DNA of 64,000 nucleotides from Pirellulaceae bacterium. Lineage in GTDB: Bacteria; Planctomycetota; Planctomycetia; Pirellulales; Pirellulaceae. Of this stretch, positions 30,535 to 39,200 are shown piece after piece (position 1 is the stretch's first letter; every line of letters begins with the position of its first letter). The notes below the pieces were generated by a model, which was not told the DNA's origin, searched no databases, and saw only the letters and a list, made by a program, of their open reading frames with translations. The stretch is taken from the NCBI GenBank assembly GCA_041399205.1, contig JAWKTK010000011.1, forward strand, positions 122,448 through 186,447, written 5' to 3'. Both the position numbers and the translations under genes were made by a program.

Positions 30535-31207
30535 CAAACCGGTTCAGTTTGGCAACTCGTTCTGTAGACAATAACACGGTTTGACGTGCGTCAAAGTCGA
30601 AGGCAATTTGTAGTTGGGGTAGATACATTTGCCCGGTGGGCGCTGGTTGCAGCGGAGCGTTGATACTGGCACCGGTATCTTCGTTGATACGCAGTCCCGT
30701 GGCGGCGGATCGAACCAGGACGCCGCCGATTTGTTCGCCTCCGACAAAGCCGCTTGAATCTCGGCGATCCGAACCGACAAAATCGGTCGCTCGTCGATTG
30801 CCACGAACAAAGCGTTCGTTGAACTGCAACTGGCCGGTCTGTTCTTGCGACGCCATGGTCCTTGAACTTCCAGCACCGGGGCCTTGGCGACGCGTCAATG
30901 GGCGTCCTACAGTGCGTTGCCCAAACATTTGTGCTGATGCGGCAGTGTCCAGTGCCACGACCATGCCGAAGACAAGCACAAGCATCCCTGGTGACTTGAA
31001 CCATCGATTGGCGTGGGATTCGGTTTGGCGTTGGCAAGCGGAGTTGAGCATGGCCTGACTTTCACGAATGTTGCGTTGCGTTGTTACGTGTGGCATCCAT
31101 TTTTCGCTGGCGAGTTTTCTAGGAACGCCAGCGAAAAGGGAACGCCACGCGAGCCGCTCGACTCGCATGGCGCAAGTTGGCTTACGCGGGCGAATCTTCG
31201 TCCGCAA
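30335..31207 (-). CDS. Secreted BON-domain protein
   Basis: Signal peptide (MLVLVFGMVVALDTAASAQ, internal start near 31000). C-terminal IEVSVEGQTTVLRGTVVSAEQKRLAESYLRFEPEVHDLRNDLTV matches the BON (OsmY-like) domain pattern. The true start is probably downstream of the ORF-track start. Confidence 0.5.
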   Translation of the reverse strand: MRTKIRPRKPTCAMRVERLAWRSLFAGVPRKLASEKWMPHVTTQRNIRESQAMLNSACQRQTESHANRWFKSPGMLVLVFGMVVALDTAASAQMFGQRTVGRPLTRRQGPGAGSSRTMASQEQTGQLQFNERFVRGNRRATDFVGSDRRDSSGFVGGEQIGGVLVRSAATGLRINEDTGASINAPLQPAPTGQMYLPQLQIAFDFDARQTVLLSTERVAKLNRFVSEALGANIEVSVEGQTTVLRGTVVSAEQKRLAESYLRFEPEVHDLRNDLTVLNDTEAPADPVPQP

Positions 31208-32819
31208 CAGGTTCTACTTTGGTTTTAGCCGCCGCCGTTTTTTCTTTCTTGGCCTGCAGGGCTGCTGCTTCGGCCAGTTGCTGATCCTTCAAGTTTAGCA
31301 GCGATTCCGGCAAATTCACTCCGCCAATGTCCTTCATGACTTGCATCATGGGTGGCAGCGTATTGGCCATGCCGCTCAGGAAGTTGGCGGTGTTGGTTCG
31401 ACCATTTTGACCGCCGTTTTCCCACACGACAACCTTATCGAATTTGATATTCGAGATCGCTCGTGCCGAAGCATCCGCCAGGTTGTCCAAGTGTTCCAGC
31501 ATCATCAGCTGGAAGGCCTGATCGGCACCACCGCACGCATCGACGATTTGGCGCAAGCCGTCGCCTTTCTTGGCCAAGATTTCAAAGTTACCTCGAGCTT
31601 CCGCGTCCAGTTTGGCAAAGATGGCGTCCGCTTCGGCCCTGGCTTCAATGCGACGACGTTCGGCCGCGGCTTCGGCGTCGACGATGGTTCGCGCTTTTTC
31701 CGCCAATGCTGGAGCTTCCAATTTGGCGCGTTGTTCCGCTTCCACTCGTTCTGCTTCGGCCAGAGCGGCCTTGGCCATGGCTCGGTTTTGCGTTTCCAAA
31801 ACTTTGGCTTCGGCTTCCTTCTTGCGGCTTTCACCAATTTCGTAGGCTTCTGCTTTGCGAACCGAAAGTTCCGCTTGCGAACCGGCAATTTTTGCTTGGG
31901 CTACGTTTTCACCGTCGATGGCAGATGCGTCGGCTTCGGCCACTTGCACACGCATGTTCCGTTCGGCCTCTTTGATCTGCGCTTGTTGCAAGAACTGAGC
32001 GGTTTGTTCGCCGACCAGCTGCTCTTTGCTGAGTTCGGCGACGCGAATGGCTTCGTCACGAGTGGCTTCTCGAGTTCCCACGGATTGGTCTCGTCGCGCC
32101 TTCGCCACTTGAATCGATTTGTCTCGTTCTGCTTCAGCGACTCGCGTTTCACCTTTGCGTTCTTCTTCCGCCACGTCGGCACGAGCTTGTTGGATGGCTT
32201 GCGAAGCGGCTTTCTGGCCGATGGCGTCAATGTAGCCCGATTCGTCCGTGATGTCTGTGATGTTCACGTTGATCAGCTGTAAGCCGATCTTGTTCAATTC
32301 CGGCTCCAACGATTGTTGAATGTGCTGCAGGAAAGTGTCGCGGTCACGATTGATTTCTTCGATGCCCATCGAAGCGATGACTTGTCGCAGTTGACCGAAG
32401 ATGATTTCTTCCGCTTGTTTGCGAATTTCAGCCGTGGACAGTCCCAGCAAGCGAATCGCCGCTTGGTGCATCACACCGGGTTCGGTACCAATGGCCACGG
32501 TGAAAACGCTAGGCACGTTCACTCGGATATTTTCCGAAGACAACGCACCTCGCAATGGAACTTCAATTTGAATGGGATCCAAGCTCAGATAGGCATAGTC
32601 TTGAATCAAGGGGATAACAAACGCGGCGCCGCCATGGATGGTTCGCGCGGCTTCACCTTTCTTGCCGGTCTTACCGTAGATCACTAAGACTCGGTTACTA
32701 GGACAGCGTTTGTACTGTTTTGCCAGTAGCAAAAGCATGGAAACCAAGACCACCATCACGGCAATGGCGATTACCGCCAGCGATTGCAAGGGAAGGTCGG
32801 CAAACAAGATCCAATTCAT
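31182..32819 (-). CDS. Flotillin (SPFH/band 7 family; FloT/YqiK-like)
   Basis: N-terminal TM helix, SPFH domain (RVLVIYGKTGKKGEAARTIHGGAAFVIPLIQDYAYLSLDPIQIEV...), then long Ala/Glu-rich coiled-coil (EAERVEAEQRAKLEA...). Start ATG at 32817-32819 with an AAGGG Shine-Dalgarno. Confidence 0.85.
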   Translation of the reverse strand: MNWILFADLPLQSLAVIAIAVMVVLVSMLLLLAKQYKRCPSNRVLVIYGKTGKKGEAARTIHGGAAFVIPLIQDYAYLSLDPIQIEVPLRGALSSENIRVNVPSVFTVAIGTEPGVMHQAAIRLLGLSTAEIRKQAEEIIFGQLRQVIASMGIEEINRDRDTFLQHIQQSLEPELNKIGLQLINVNITDITDESGYIDAIGQKAASQAIQQARADVAEEERKGETRVAEAERDKSIQVAKARRDQSVGTREATRDEAIRVAELSKEQLVGEQTAQFLQQAQIKEAERNMRVQVAEADASAIDGENVAQAKIAGSQAELSVRKAEAYEIGESRKKEAEAKVLETQNRAMAKAALAEAERVEAEQRAKLEAPALAEKARTIVDAEAAAERRRIEARAEADAIFAKLDAEARGNFEILAKKGDGLRQIVDACGGADQAFQLMMLEHLDNLADASARAISNIKFDKVVVWENGGQNGRTNTANFLSGMANTLPPMMQVMKDIGGVNLPESLLNLKDQQLAEAAALQAKKEKTAAAKTKVEPVADEDSPA

Positions 32820-32937
32820 AGCGTTACCCTTCAGAAAGTTTCTCACCCAAGTACGGTCAATTCGTCGAATTTTGATGGCATGGCGCGTACGCTGGGCGCC
32901 AAGACCGGAAACGTGTGCCTACAAACGATGTCGAACG

Positions 32938-33612
32938 CTATTCGCTGCTCACGGAAGTCAGCAACGGTTCCACGGAAAGTGTTGTAGGCGTGACGACATC
33001 CACCACAACGACTCGCGTTCCCGTGATCAGCTTTTCGGTGCACGATGTCATTGCGGGATATTCAGCAATGCGTCCTTGAACTTGAAGCTGCACCTTGCCG
33101 GTTCCGGATTGACTAGGCGGAATCGGGATGTACACGGTCCCCTCCAAGCCGATGGACGATTGGATGCGCAACGTCCCATCCTGCCGAAGGGAATATAGCT
33201 TTCGCATCAGCCAATGAACGGAATACATGGCCGTAATTCCGGCGACGCAGCCGAACAGCACGGCCACTATATCTCCTAGTCCGGATTGAATGGTCGCCAT
33301 TCCGACAAGTCCGAAGAAAGTCACAGCTGCTACAACCGTGCGAAACGTGACGACTCCAAAAAACCAAGTGGAACCGTGATCCAGAATCGGCGCACCATGA
33401 TCCGAATCAAAATTACCTCCAACATCACCGTGGAAATCGGTCGGGACATCGTCGGGGACGTCGTCAGGCAGGTCATCTGCCACGTCAAAGTCCAAGCTGT
33501 CCGAACCAAACCCGATCAGTAGCAATGCGAATTGGAACAGGAACACCGTTCCGCCGACGACAGCACAGATCGTAAATGCGTTAAACAACATGACAATCGT
33601 CCTCGCGTTCAA
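32938..33612 (-). CDS. NfeD-like membrane protein (flotillin partner)
   Basis: Directly upstream of the flotillin gene in the same orientation. TM helices plus a C-terminal OB-fold-like segment (GTVYIPIPPSQSGTGKVQLQVQGRIAEYPAMT...GTRVVVVDVV). It also has an acidic DDLPDDVPDDVP insert. Confidence 0.6.
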   Translation of the reverse strand: MNARTIVMLFNAFTICAVVGGTVFLFQFALLLIGFGSDSLDFDVADDLPDDVPDDVPTDFHGDVGGNFDSDHGAPILDHGSTWFFGVVTFRTVVAAVTFFGLVGMATIQSGLGDIVAVLFGCVAGITAMYSVHWLMRKLYSLRQDGTLRIQSSIGLEGTVYIPIPPSQSGTGKVQLQVQGRIAEYPAMTSCTEKLITGTRVVVVDVVTPTTLSVEPLLTSVSSE

Positions 33613-33844
33613 ATTCAGGGGACTTTAGAGTGGCTAATCTGCGAGTAATTCGACAGTTGGGCTGGAATCTTGCCCCGGCAGTATACCAGAATTCCGTCTA
33701 ATTCGATTTTCTTTACATCTGACCCCCAAAAGTCGTCTCTCGGTTGGTTCGGCAAATCTGTTACAACCATGCGTTCAGGAGTCATCGGTTGGCGGCCCAA
33801 AGCTAAGAAATTACAGGGAAATCCGTTATCACGAATAGAATCTG

Positions 33845-33870
33845 GGAACTTCCCCAGATGCGGCCACGTC
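33845..33870 (+). promoter_or_regulatory. ECF-type promoter GGAAC-N17-CGTC upstream of the ECF sigma factor gene
   Basis: GGAAC at 33845-33849, a 17-nt spacer, then CGTC at 33867-33870, about 20 nt before the ATG at 33890. This matches the ECF consensus and suggests an autoregulated operon. Confidence 0.5.
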
Positions 33871-33889
33871 CCATGACTAGCAGAACCCA

Positions 33890-34450
33890 ATGAATACGGA
33901 CCACGATTTTATTGACGCCGCCATCACTGGAGATACGGCCGCGTTTGGGCAGTTGGTACTGAAATATCAGGACCGATTGTTCAACACGCTGGCCCACGTG
34001 ATCGGCTGCGCGTCTGAAGCCGAGGATGTAGCGCAAGAGGCGTTTGTTCAAGCGTTTATCAATTTGAAGTCCTTTCAACGCAAAAGCAGCGTTTACACTT
34101 GGCTCTATCGTATTGCCCTGAATAACTGGATTTCTCGAACTCGACGAACCAAAAAACAACAATCCATTCAGCACGCAATGGAAGTCGCTGGCGAAGAACC
34201 GGTCAGCGCCAACTCGGCACCCGATCAGCCCTTGGAGCGAAGGGAACGAGTGGAGTTGGTGCAGCAGGCGATTGCCCAGTTGGAAGACGAACAACGGATG
34301 GTGATTGTGTTGCGAGAAATCGAAGGCTGCGATTATGAACAGATTGCGGAGATCTTGGAGATACCGCTGGGAACCGTACGCAGTCGGCTGCATCGAGCTC
34401 GATTGCAACTGAAAGAAAAATTGAAGGGAGTGTTTCAAGAGAACATTTAG
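33890..34450 (+). CDS. RNA polymerase ECF-type sigma-70 factor
   Basis: 186 aa. Region 2 (DVAQEAFVQAFINLKSF...YTWLYRIALNNWISRTRR) and region 4 (MVIVLREIEGCDYEQIAEILEIPLGTVRSRLHRARLQLKEKL). Confidence 0.9.
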   Translation: MNTDHDFIDAAITGDTAAFGQLVLKYQDRLFNTLAHVIGCASEAEDVAQEAFVQAFINLKSFQRKSSVYTWLYRIALNNWISRTRRTKKQQSIQHAMEVAGEEPVSANSAPDQPLERRERVELVQQAIAQLEDEQRMVIVLREIEGCDYEQIAEILEIPLGTVRSRLHRARLQLKEKLKGVFQENI

Positions 34451-34556
34451 AGACGTGGCCCGATTTTCCTAAGTAAAGGATTCGTCACCTCGTCCACTAC
34501 GAATAGTAAAGGATTCGTGTATCGAATCAACACTCCGTGTTATTGACAGAAATATC

Positions 34557-35885
34557 ATGAGCAAAGAGTCAGAACAATCCTTAGACGAATTGATCAGCGC
34601 TTTTGTTGACGGCGAACTGACCGGCAGCGAATTGGCTCGCGCGCAGGAACTGTTGACCTCCAGTGCCCAGCATCGGCAGCTACTAGCCGATTGGAAAGCG
34701 TTGCGCGCCACGTTGCAGGAACTTCCGTCTCACCGCGCATCTTCGTCGTTTACTCAACAAGTGCAACAGCAGTGCCAGGCCGCCATGGACAACGCTTCGG
34801 CCGATTCGCAGGTCGAGCGGAATTCGCCAATTACTCCAGCCGCACCTGATGCGGGTGGTGCTTCCGTGTGGGCTCGGCGACTGTTTTGGCCTCTGATGGC
34901 AGCGGCTGCTGGAATATTGTTGATGGTCTTTGGAGAACCGGCTCGTAAAGGGGAATTGGCGAACGCACCTGATGCAAACTCGGCGTCGATGCAGGCCGAA
35001 ATGGCCGAAGCAGAGGGAATGGATCGCGAAGTCCGACGAAGCGACGCTGCGACCGAAGCCACCATTCAATCTCGCGAATTTGCCGCAGACACATTGACTC
35101 GATCCGCACAACCTGCCAATCGGCAAGCTGGCATCGTGGAAGAACTTCCAGCAGACGCTGTGTCGACCGGCGGCTTGGCCAACGACTTTGCTGTTGAACG
35201 GCAATGGCTAGGTGGCGGACGGTTTGACGATCAGCCGCGGCCTTCTGCGTTGGCAGATTCGTCCAGGGCGCAAGCATTGAACGAGCCGTCGCTGCAGCAA
35301 GCCGTGCTTTCGATTCAAGTTCGCAAGGACGCGCTGAATACCGGTCGGCTGAATCGCATCTTGGCGGACAATTCGATCACGCCTGCACCGACCGATGCGA
35401 ACGAAACTGTGGCCGCGGACGTTCCGCCGGATGTGAATCAATTGACATTGAATCGGTTCGGTCGCACGACTTCGTGGCAGAGTCAACAGTTAGGAATCAA
35501 CGATGGCGATGTGGAAACTGTCTTCTTCAATACCACGCAGCGTAATTATCGCCAATTGGTTTCGGAAATCATGCAAAATGATGTTGATTTTCGAGTGACC
35601 AATCAGTTTCAGCTGGCCGGAGAATCAAAGAATTTGACCGAACTATTTCGTTTGGCCGAAGGCGATTTCCAAGCCGCTGGCAAGGTCGCGACAACCACTG
35701 CCAAAAGCGACGATCTTGCGAAACCGGCCAACAGTCCGATTCCTCAAGAGGATCAGTCCTTCGAATTGAATCAAAACGAAGCGGCCGAAGCTGACTTGCC
35801 GTTAGGTTCTGAAGAATCGGCCGAGCCGGATCAGCCGGTGCAGGTGTATTTTTTCTTGCGGCCAGTGGAAGCTGTAAAACAATGA
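34557..35885 (+). CDS. Anti-sigma factor (single-pass membrane protein)
   Basis: Immediately downstream of the ECF sigma gene. N-terminal anti-sigma motif LDELISAFVDGELTGSELARAQELL. TM helix LFWPLMAAAAGILLMVFG. Long periplasmic low-complexity region. Confidence 0.7.
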   Translation: MSKESEQSLDELISAFVDGELTGSELARAQELLTSSAQHRQLLADWKALRATLQELPSHRASSSFTQQVQQQCQAAMDNASADSQVERNSPITPAAPDAGGASVWARRLFWPLMAAAAGILLMVFGEPARKGELANAPDANSASMQAEMAEAEGMDREVRRSDAATEATIQSREFAADTLTRSAQPANRQAGIVEELPADAVSTGGLANDFAVERQWLGGGRFDDQPRPSALADSSRAQALNEPSLQQAVLSIQVRKDALNTGRLNRILADNSITPAPTDANETVAADVPPDVNQLTLNRFGRTTSWQSQQLGINDGDVETVFFNTTQRNYRQLVSEIMQNDVDFRVTNQFQLAGESKNLTELFRLAEGDFQAAGKVATTTAKSDDLAKPANSPIPQEDQSFELNQNEAAEADLPLGSEESAEPDQPVQVYFFLRPVEAVKQ

Positions 35886-35950
35886 CGATTCGCCTTTCCG
35901 CAAATACGCGTGGAGGTTGTTGCTTGGAGAATGCTACGACTTAGGCTTTC

Positions 35951-36403
35951 TTGGCAAGACGTCTGTGCGAGAATGATCGGGGGCAAAACGTGGGCGAAGC
36001 GTATCCAAAGGAATTGTTTCTTAGCAGCCTGAAGCGGTGCGAATCGAATCCCGGATTCTTGGCATCGTTTTACGAACGCTTTATGAAGTCGTCAGACGAG
36101 GTCGCTCGGTATTTTCGCTTCACGAATTTCGAAAAACAGCACAAGATGCTCATGCAGTCGCTGGAATTGTCGGCACGCGCTACGGAAGGGGACCGCGAAG
36201 GACTGCGAGAAATCGGGATGCGCGCCGAAACACACTCTCGACGTTATCTCAACGTGCGACCGCCTTTATATCAACTATGGCTCGATTCCCTGGTTGCCGC
36301 GGCGGCCGAATTTGATCCCGAATGGAACGATGAAACCGAACAGGCCTGGCGTCGAATACTAGGTTTCATCATCAAGCATATGGTGTCGCATTACGAAGAC
36401 TAA
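35951..36403 (+). CDS. Globin-like (truncated-haemoglobin-family-like) protein
   Basis: 150-aa ORF. FLASFYERFMKSSDEVARYF...H...VRPPLYQLWLDSLV...AWRRILGFIIKHM resembles the trHb fold pattern. This is a weak motif-level call only. Confidence 0.35.
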   Translation: MARRLCENDRGQNVGEAYPKELFLSSLKRCESNPGFLASFYERFMKSSDEVARYFRFTNFEKQHKMLMQSLELSARATEGDREGLREIGMRAETHSRRYLNVRPPLYQLWLDSLVAAAAEFDPEWNDETEQAWRRILGFIIKHMVSHYED

Positions 36404-36543
36404 CGTGTTTTCAAGTTGCGCATTTGCTTTCTTCTGTGAGTTATCCTAGTCCGAAACCGCAGAAGGCTCCGTTCTTCCCGCACCTACGTTTCCGGCTAGG
36501 AAAAACGCGCAACATCAAAACCAACGCGCGATGATTTCGGTGC

Positions 36544-37284
36544 TCAGCTGTCTCGTTGACGGCAAAAGGCCAAAATGTCCGCCACATTAGTAGGTAAATC
36601 GCCAGCCGGTTCTGGTTTTGATTCTTGGGCTGGAGGATCTGCGGCAGCAGGAGCGTCCGCAACGGGCTCGGGCTTGGCTGCGGGTGCTGCCGAGCCACCA
36701 CGAGCTGCTGCCAGGATATCGTCCACAGACATCGACTTGGAATCCGCAGCGGCAGGTTTGGGCGCCGCTGGTTTCTCGTTGGCCGGCGCCGATCCACCTC
36801 GAGCGGCCGCCAGGATGTCCGCCGCGCTCATTCCGGCTGGTTTTGCAGCGGCAGGTTTCGGTGCCGATGCGCCGCCTCGAGCGGCCGCCAGTATATCTGC
36901 TGGCGACATTCCACCGCCGCTTGCGGCCGGCTTCTTCGCCGGAGCGGCTGGCTTTGGAGCCGCTTTGGCTGCGGGCTTCTCCGGAGCTTCGACCGGTTTG
37001 TCCACGACTTTGAGGAAATCAACATCGATATCAAACCAGCCAATGTTGTTGGCAGAATTCAAAAATTCCACCAACGCGCGGCCGTTCATGTTGACCGTTT
37101 TCACGACGCCCGTAAGGTTGCGAAATCGACGCAATTCGGCGAGCGAAGCATCTACGATCACGTATTTGTCGGTGTATTCGCTCTTGAGCTTTTCGATATT
37201 TTCAAACACCATCGACGTGTTTACTCCCGAATTGTTGAATTCAAACCAAGCCAGCCTGATTAGATTTTCTTCGAATTTCTCCAC
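36544..37284 (-). CDS. Hypothetical protein with three MS(P/A)ADILAAARGG repeats in an Ala/Pro/Lys-rich region
   Basis: 246 aa. Globular N-terminal domain of about 95 aa, then PAAKAAPKPAAPAKKPAASGGGMSPADILAAARGGASAPKPAAAKPAGMSAADILAAARGGSAPANEKPAAPKPAAADSKSMSVDDILAAARGGSAAP. Confidence 0.6.
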   Translation of the reverse strand: MEKFEENLIRLAWFEFNNSGVNTSMVFENIEKLKSEYTDKYVIVDASLAELRRFRNLTGVVKTVNMNGRALVEFLNSANNIGWFDIDVDFLKVVDKPVEAPEKPAAKAAPKPAAPAKKPAASGGGMSPADILAAARGGASAPKPAAAKPAGMSAADILAAARGGSAPANEKPAAPKPAAADSKSMSVDDILAAARGGSAAPAAKPEPVADAPAAADPPAQESKPEPAGDLPTNVADILAFCRQRDS

Positions 37285-37319
37285 AGATCAAGGCGGGCGA
37301 ACCTGAAAACGCCGCCGAT

Positions 37320-37865
37320 CTATTTTGTCGTTTTCTTGGCCGCCGTTTTCCGAAGAACTTCGTATTTCCAACGAACCGTCACGGGAAAAGTCGCGTCCGC
37401 CGCCAAAACGGTGGTAATCTGGGCCAATTGATCCCCTACATTTCCATCCGAGCCGAGGCCCTGGCAGTGCAGGTCCAGGTGCCGTCCCGTGTCCATAGAC
37501 CCCAGACGATAGGTAGAACCTAGGAAATTCGGGGCGTCCTTCATGCGGCAGGCCACATCAAAGACCAGACGGCCCGAATCCGCGGAAACGGCCAGAGACC
37601 AGTGGCTGGCACCGGCCATTCCGACGGCAAACAGACACCGATTCCCAGGCGCAATTTCCTGGAAATGAATCTGTTGCAACGGCGGACTTAGTGGCCAGAG
37701 GTCTTGGCTGTCTCCATCCACAGAGCCCCATTCATCCATGATCTGACCATCTTGCAACGCCACCACCTGATGGACGTATCGGTCTTGTTGCCAGTGGAAC
37801 CTGACGGAGATACCGCTATTCGCTGTATCAACGTTGTCCAGCTGGAATGATTCGGGATTAGACAT
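37320..37865 (-). CDS. Hypothetical protein
   Basis: 181-aa ORF with no recognisable motifs. Stands between prfB and the repeat protein. Confidence 0.4.
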   Translation of the reverse strand: MSNPESFQLDNVDTANSGISVRFHWQQDRYVHQVVALQDGQIMDEWGSVDGDSQDLWPLSPPLQQIHFQEIAPGNRCLFAVGMAGASHWSLAVSADSGRLVFDVACRMKDAPNFLGSTYRLGSMDTGRHLDLHCQGLGSDGNVGDQLAQITTVLAADATFPVTVRWKYEVLRKTAAKKTTK

Positions 37866-37886
37866 GGCACTCTTGTTCGAACCAAA

Positions 37887-38970
37887 CTAGTCTGTCTTGA
37901 CTCGCCACTTCAAATACGATTCCAGAAAACCATCGATGTCGCCATCCATGACTTGATGAAAATTGCCCACAGAATAGCCGGTACGACTATCTTTTACTCG
38001 CTGATCTGGATGCAAGAAGTAGTTGCGAATTTGCGAACCGAACCCGACCTTGGCTTGATCTTTGTACTTCTGAGCTTGTTGGGATTCTCGCTTTTCTTCT
38101 TCGATTCTTGCCAAACGAGCACGAAGCATCTTCCACGCCGACGCTCGATTTTTATGTTGACTCCGTTCGTTTTGACACTGCACGACGATCCCGGTAGGCA
38201 TGTGTGTTAGTCGAATGGCGCTATCGGTCTTGTTCACGTGCTGACCGCCGGCACCACTGGCGCGAAACGTGTCTTCGCGAACATCAGACTCTTTCACGTC
38301 CACGTCGACGCTGTCCGAGATTTCGGGCGCCACGTCCACTGCGGCAAAACTGGTTTGGCGTTTTCCTTCCGAATTGAACGGACTGATTCGCACCAAACGA
38401 TGCACGCCCGTTTCGCCCTTCAAATATCCGTAGGCCATTGGCCCGCGAATGGCGATCGTGGCGCTATTGATCCCCGCTTCATCGTTGTCTTGACGATCCA
38501 GTATTTCCACGTTGCAGTCATGGTTTTGAGCCCAATGAGAATACATTCGCAGCAGCATTTCCGCCCAATCATTGGCGTCCGTTCCGCCGTCTCGTGCGTT
38601 GATCGTCAGAATGGCGCCTAAGTGATCATGTGCGCCACACAGCAGCGTACTTAACTGCAACCGTTCTAGTTCGGTTTCCAGTTGCTCAATTTCCGCTTGG
38701 GCTTCTTGTGCAAACGAAGCGTCTTCTTCGGCCATTTCGATCATGGCGTCCAGGTCTTCCAGACGAGCGGACACTTCGTTTAACGGCTTCAGCATGGTTC
38801 GCAAAGACTTGAGTTGCGTCACCTTTTCTTGAGCCGCGTCTTGTTTTTCCCAGAATCCGGGCGCTGCCATTTCCGCTTCAATCACGGCGATTTGCTTGGT
38901 CTTGGCATCGTAGTCAAAGACTGTCTCGTAGCTGAACAAGTTCGTCACGAATCACGTCCGCTCGGTTCAT
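37887..38970 (-). CDS. prfB: Peptide chain release factor 2, containing the programmed +1 frameshift
   Basis: Frame-0 start ATG at 38968-38970 encodes MNRADVIRDELVQLRDSL and ends at CTT TGA C (38914-38920). The +1 frame continues DYDAKTKQIAV...SPF...GGQHVNKTDSAIRLTHMPTGIVVQCQNERSQHKNR (GGQ and SPF motifs). Confidence 0.9.
38914..38920 (-). other. prfB: prfB programmed +1 ribosomal frameshift site CUU UGA C
   Basis: Plus-strand GTCAAAG equals minus-strand CTT TGA C, located at the point where the RF2 reading frame switches. Confidence 0.85.
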
Positions 38971-39200
38971 TAGATCGCGGTCCATCCCATTTGACTCCGG
39001 ATTTCATTGTGTGAAAACGCCAGCGACCAGTGTAGTCGCATTCGAAAGAACGGGAAACGGGACTATTCTTTTACGCGTCTCCAATGCCTCTGTGGCAGCA
39101 GCAGAATCCGTACTCGCGGAGCGTTTTGGTCAGCGCAATAACAAAGGCCCGATGAATTCATCGGGCCTTTGAAGATCGATTCGCTAATTAGCGAAGAACG

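Noticed and set aside
31341-32282. 313-aa plus-strand ORF antisense to the flotillin gene
   Set aside because: It is antisense to the Ala/Glu-rich coiled-coil coding region, which opens long spurious frames. No domain is present.
36575-37306. 243-aa plus-strand ORF overlapping the DILAAARGG-repeat protein gene
   Set aside because: It is the antisense of an Ala/Pro-rich GC-rich region and gives a low-complexity A/G/S translation. The minus-strand reading has a structured N-terminal domain.
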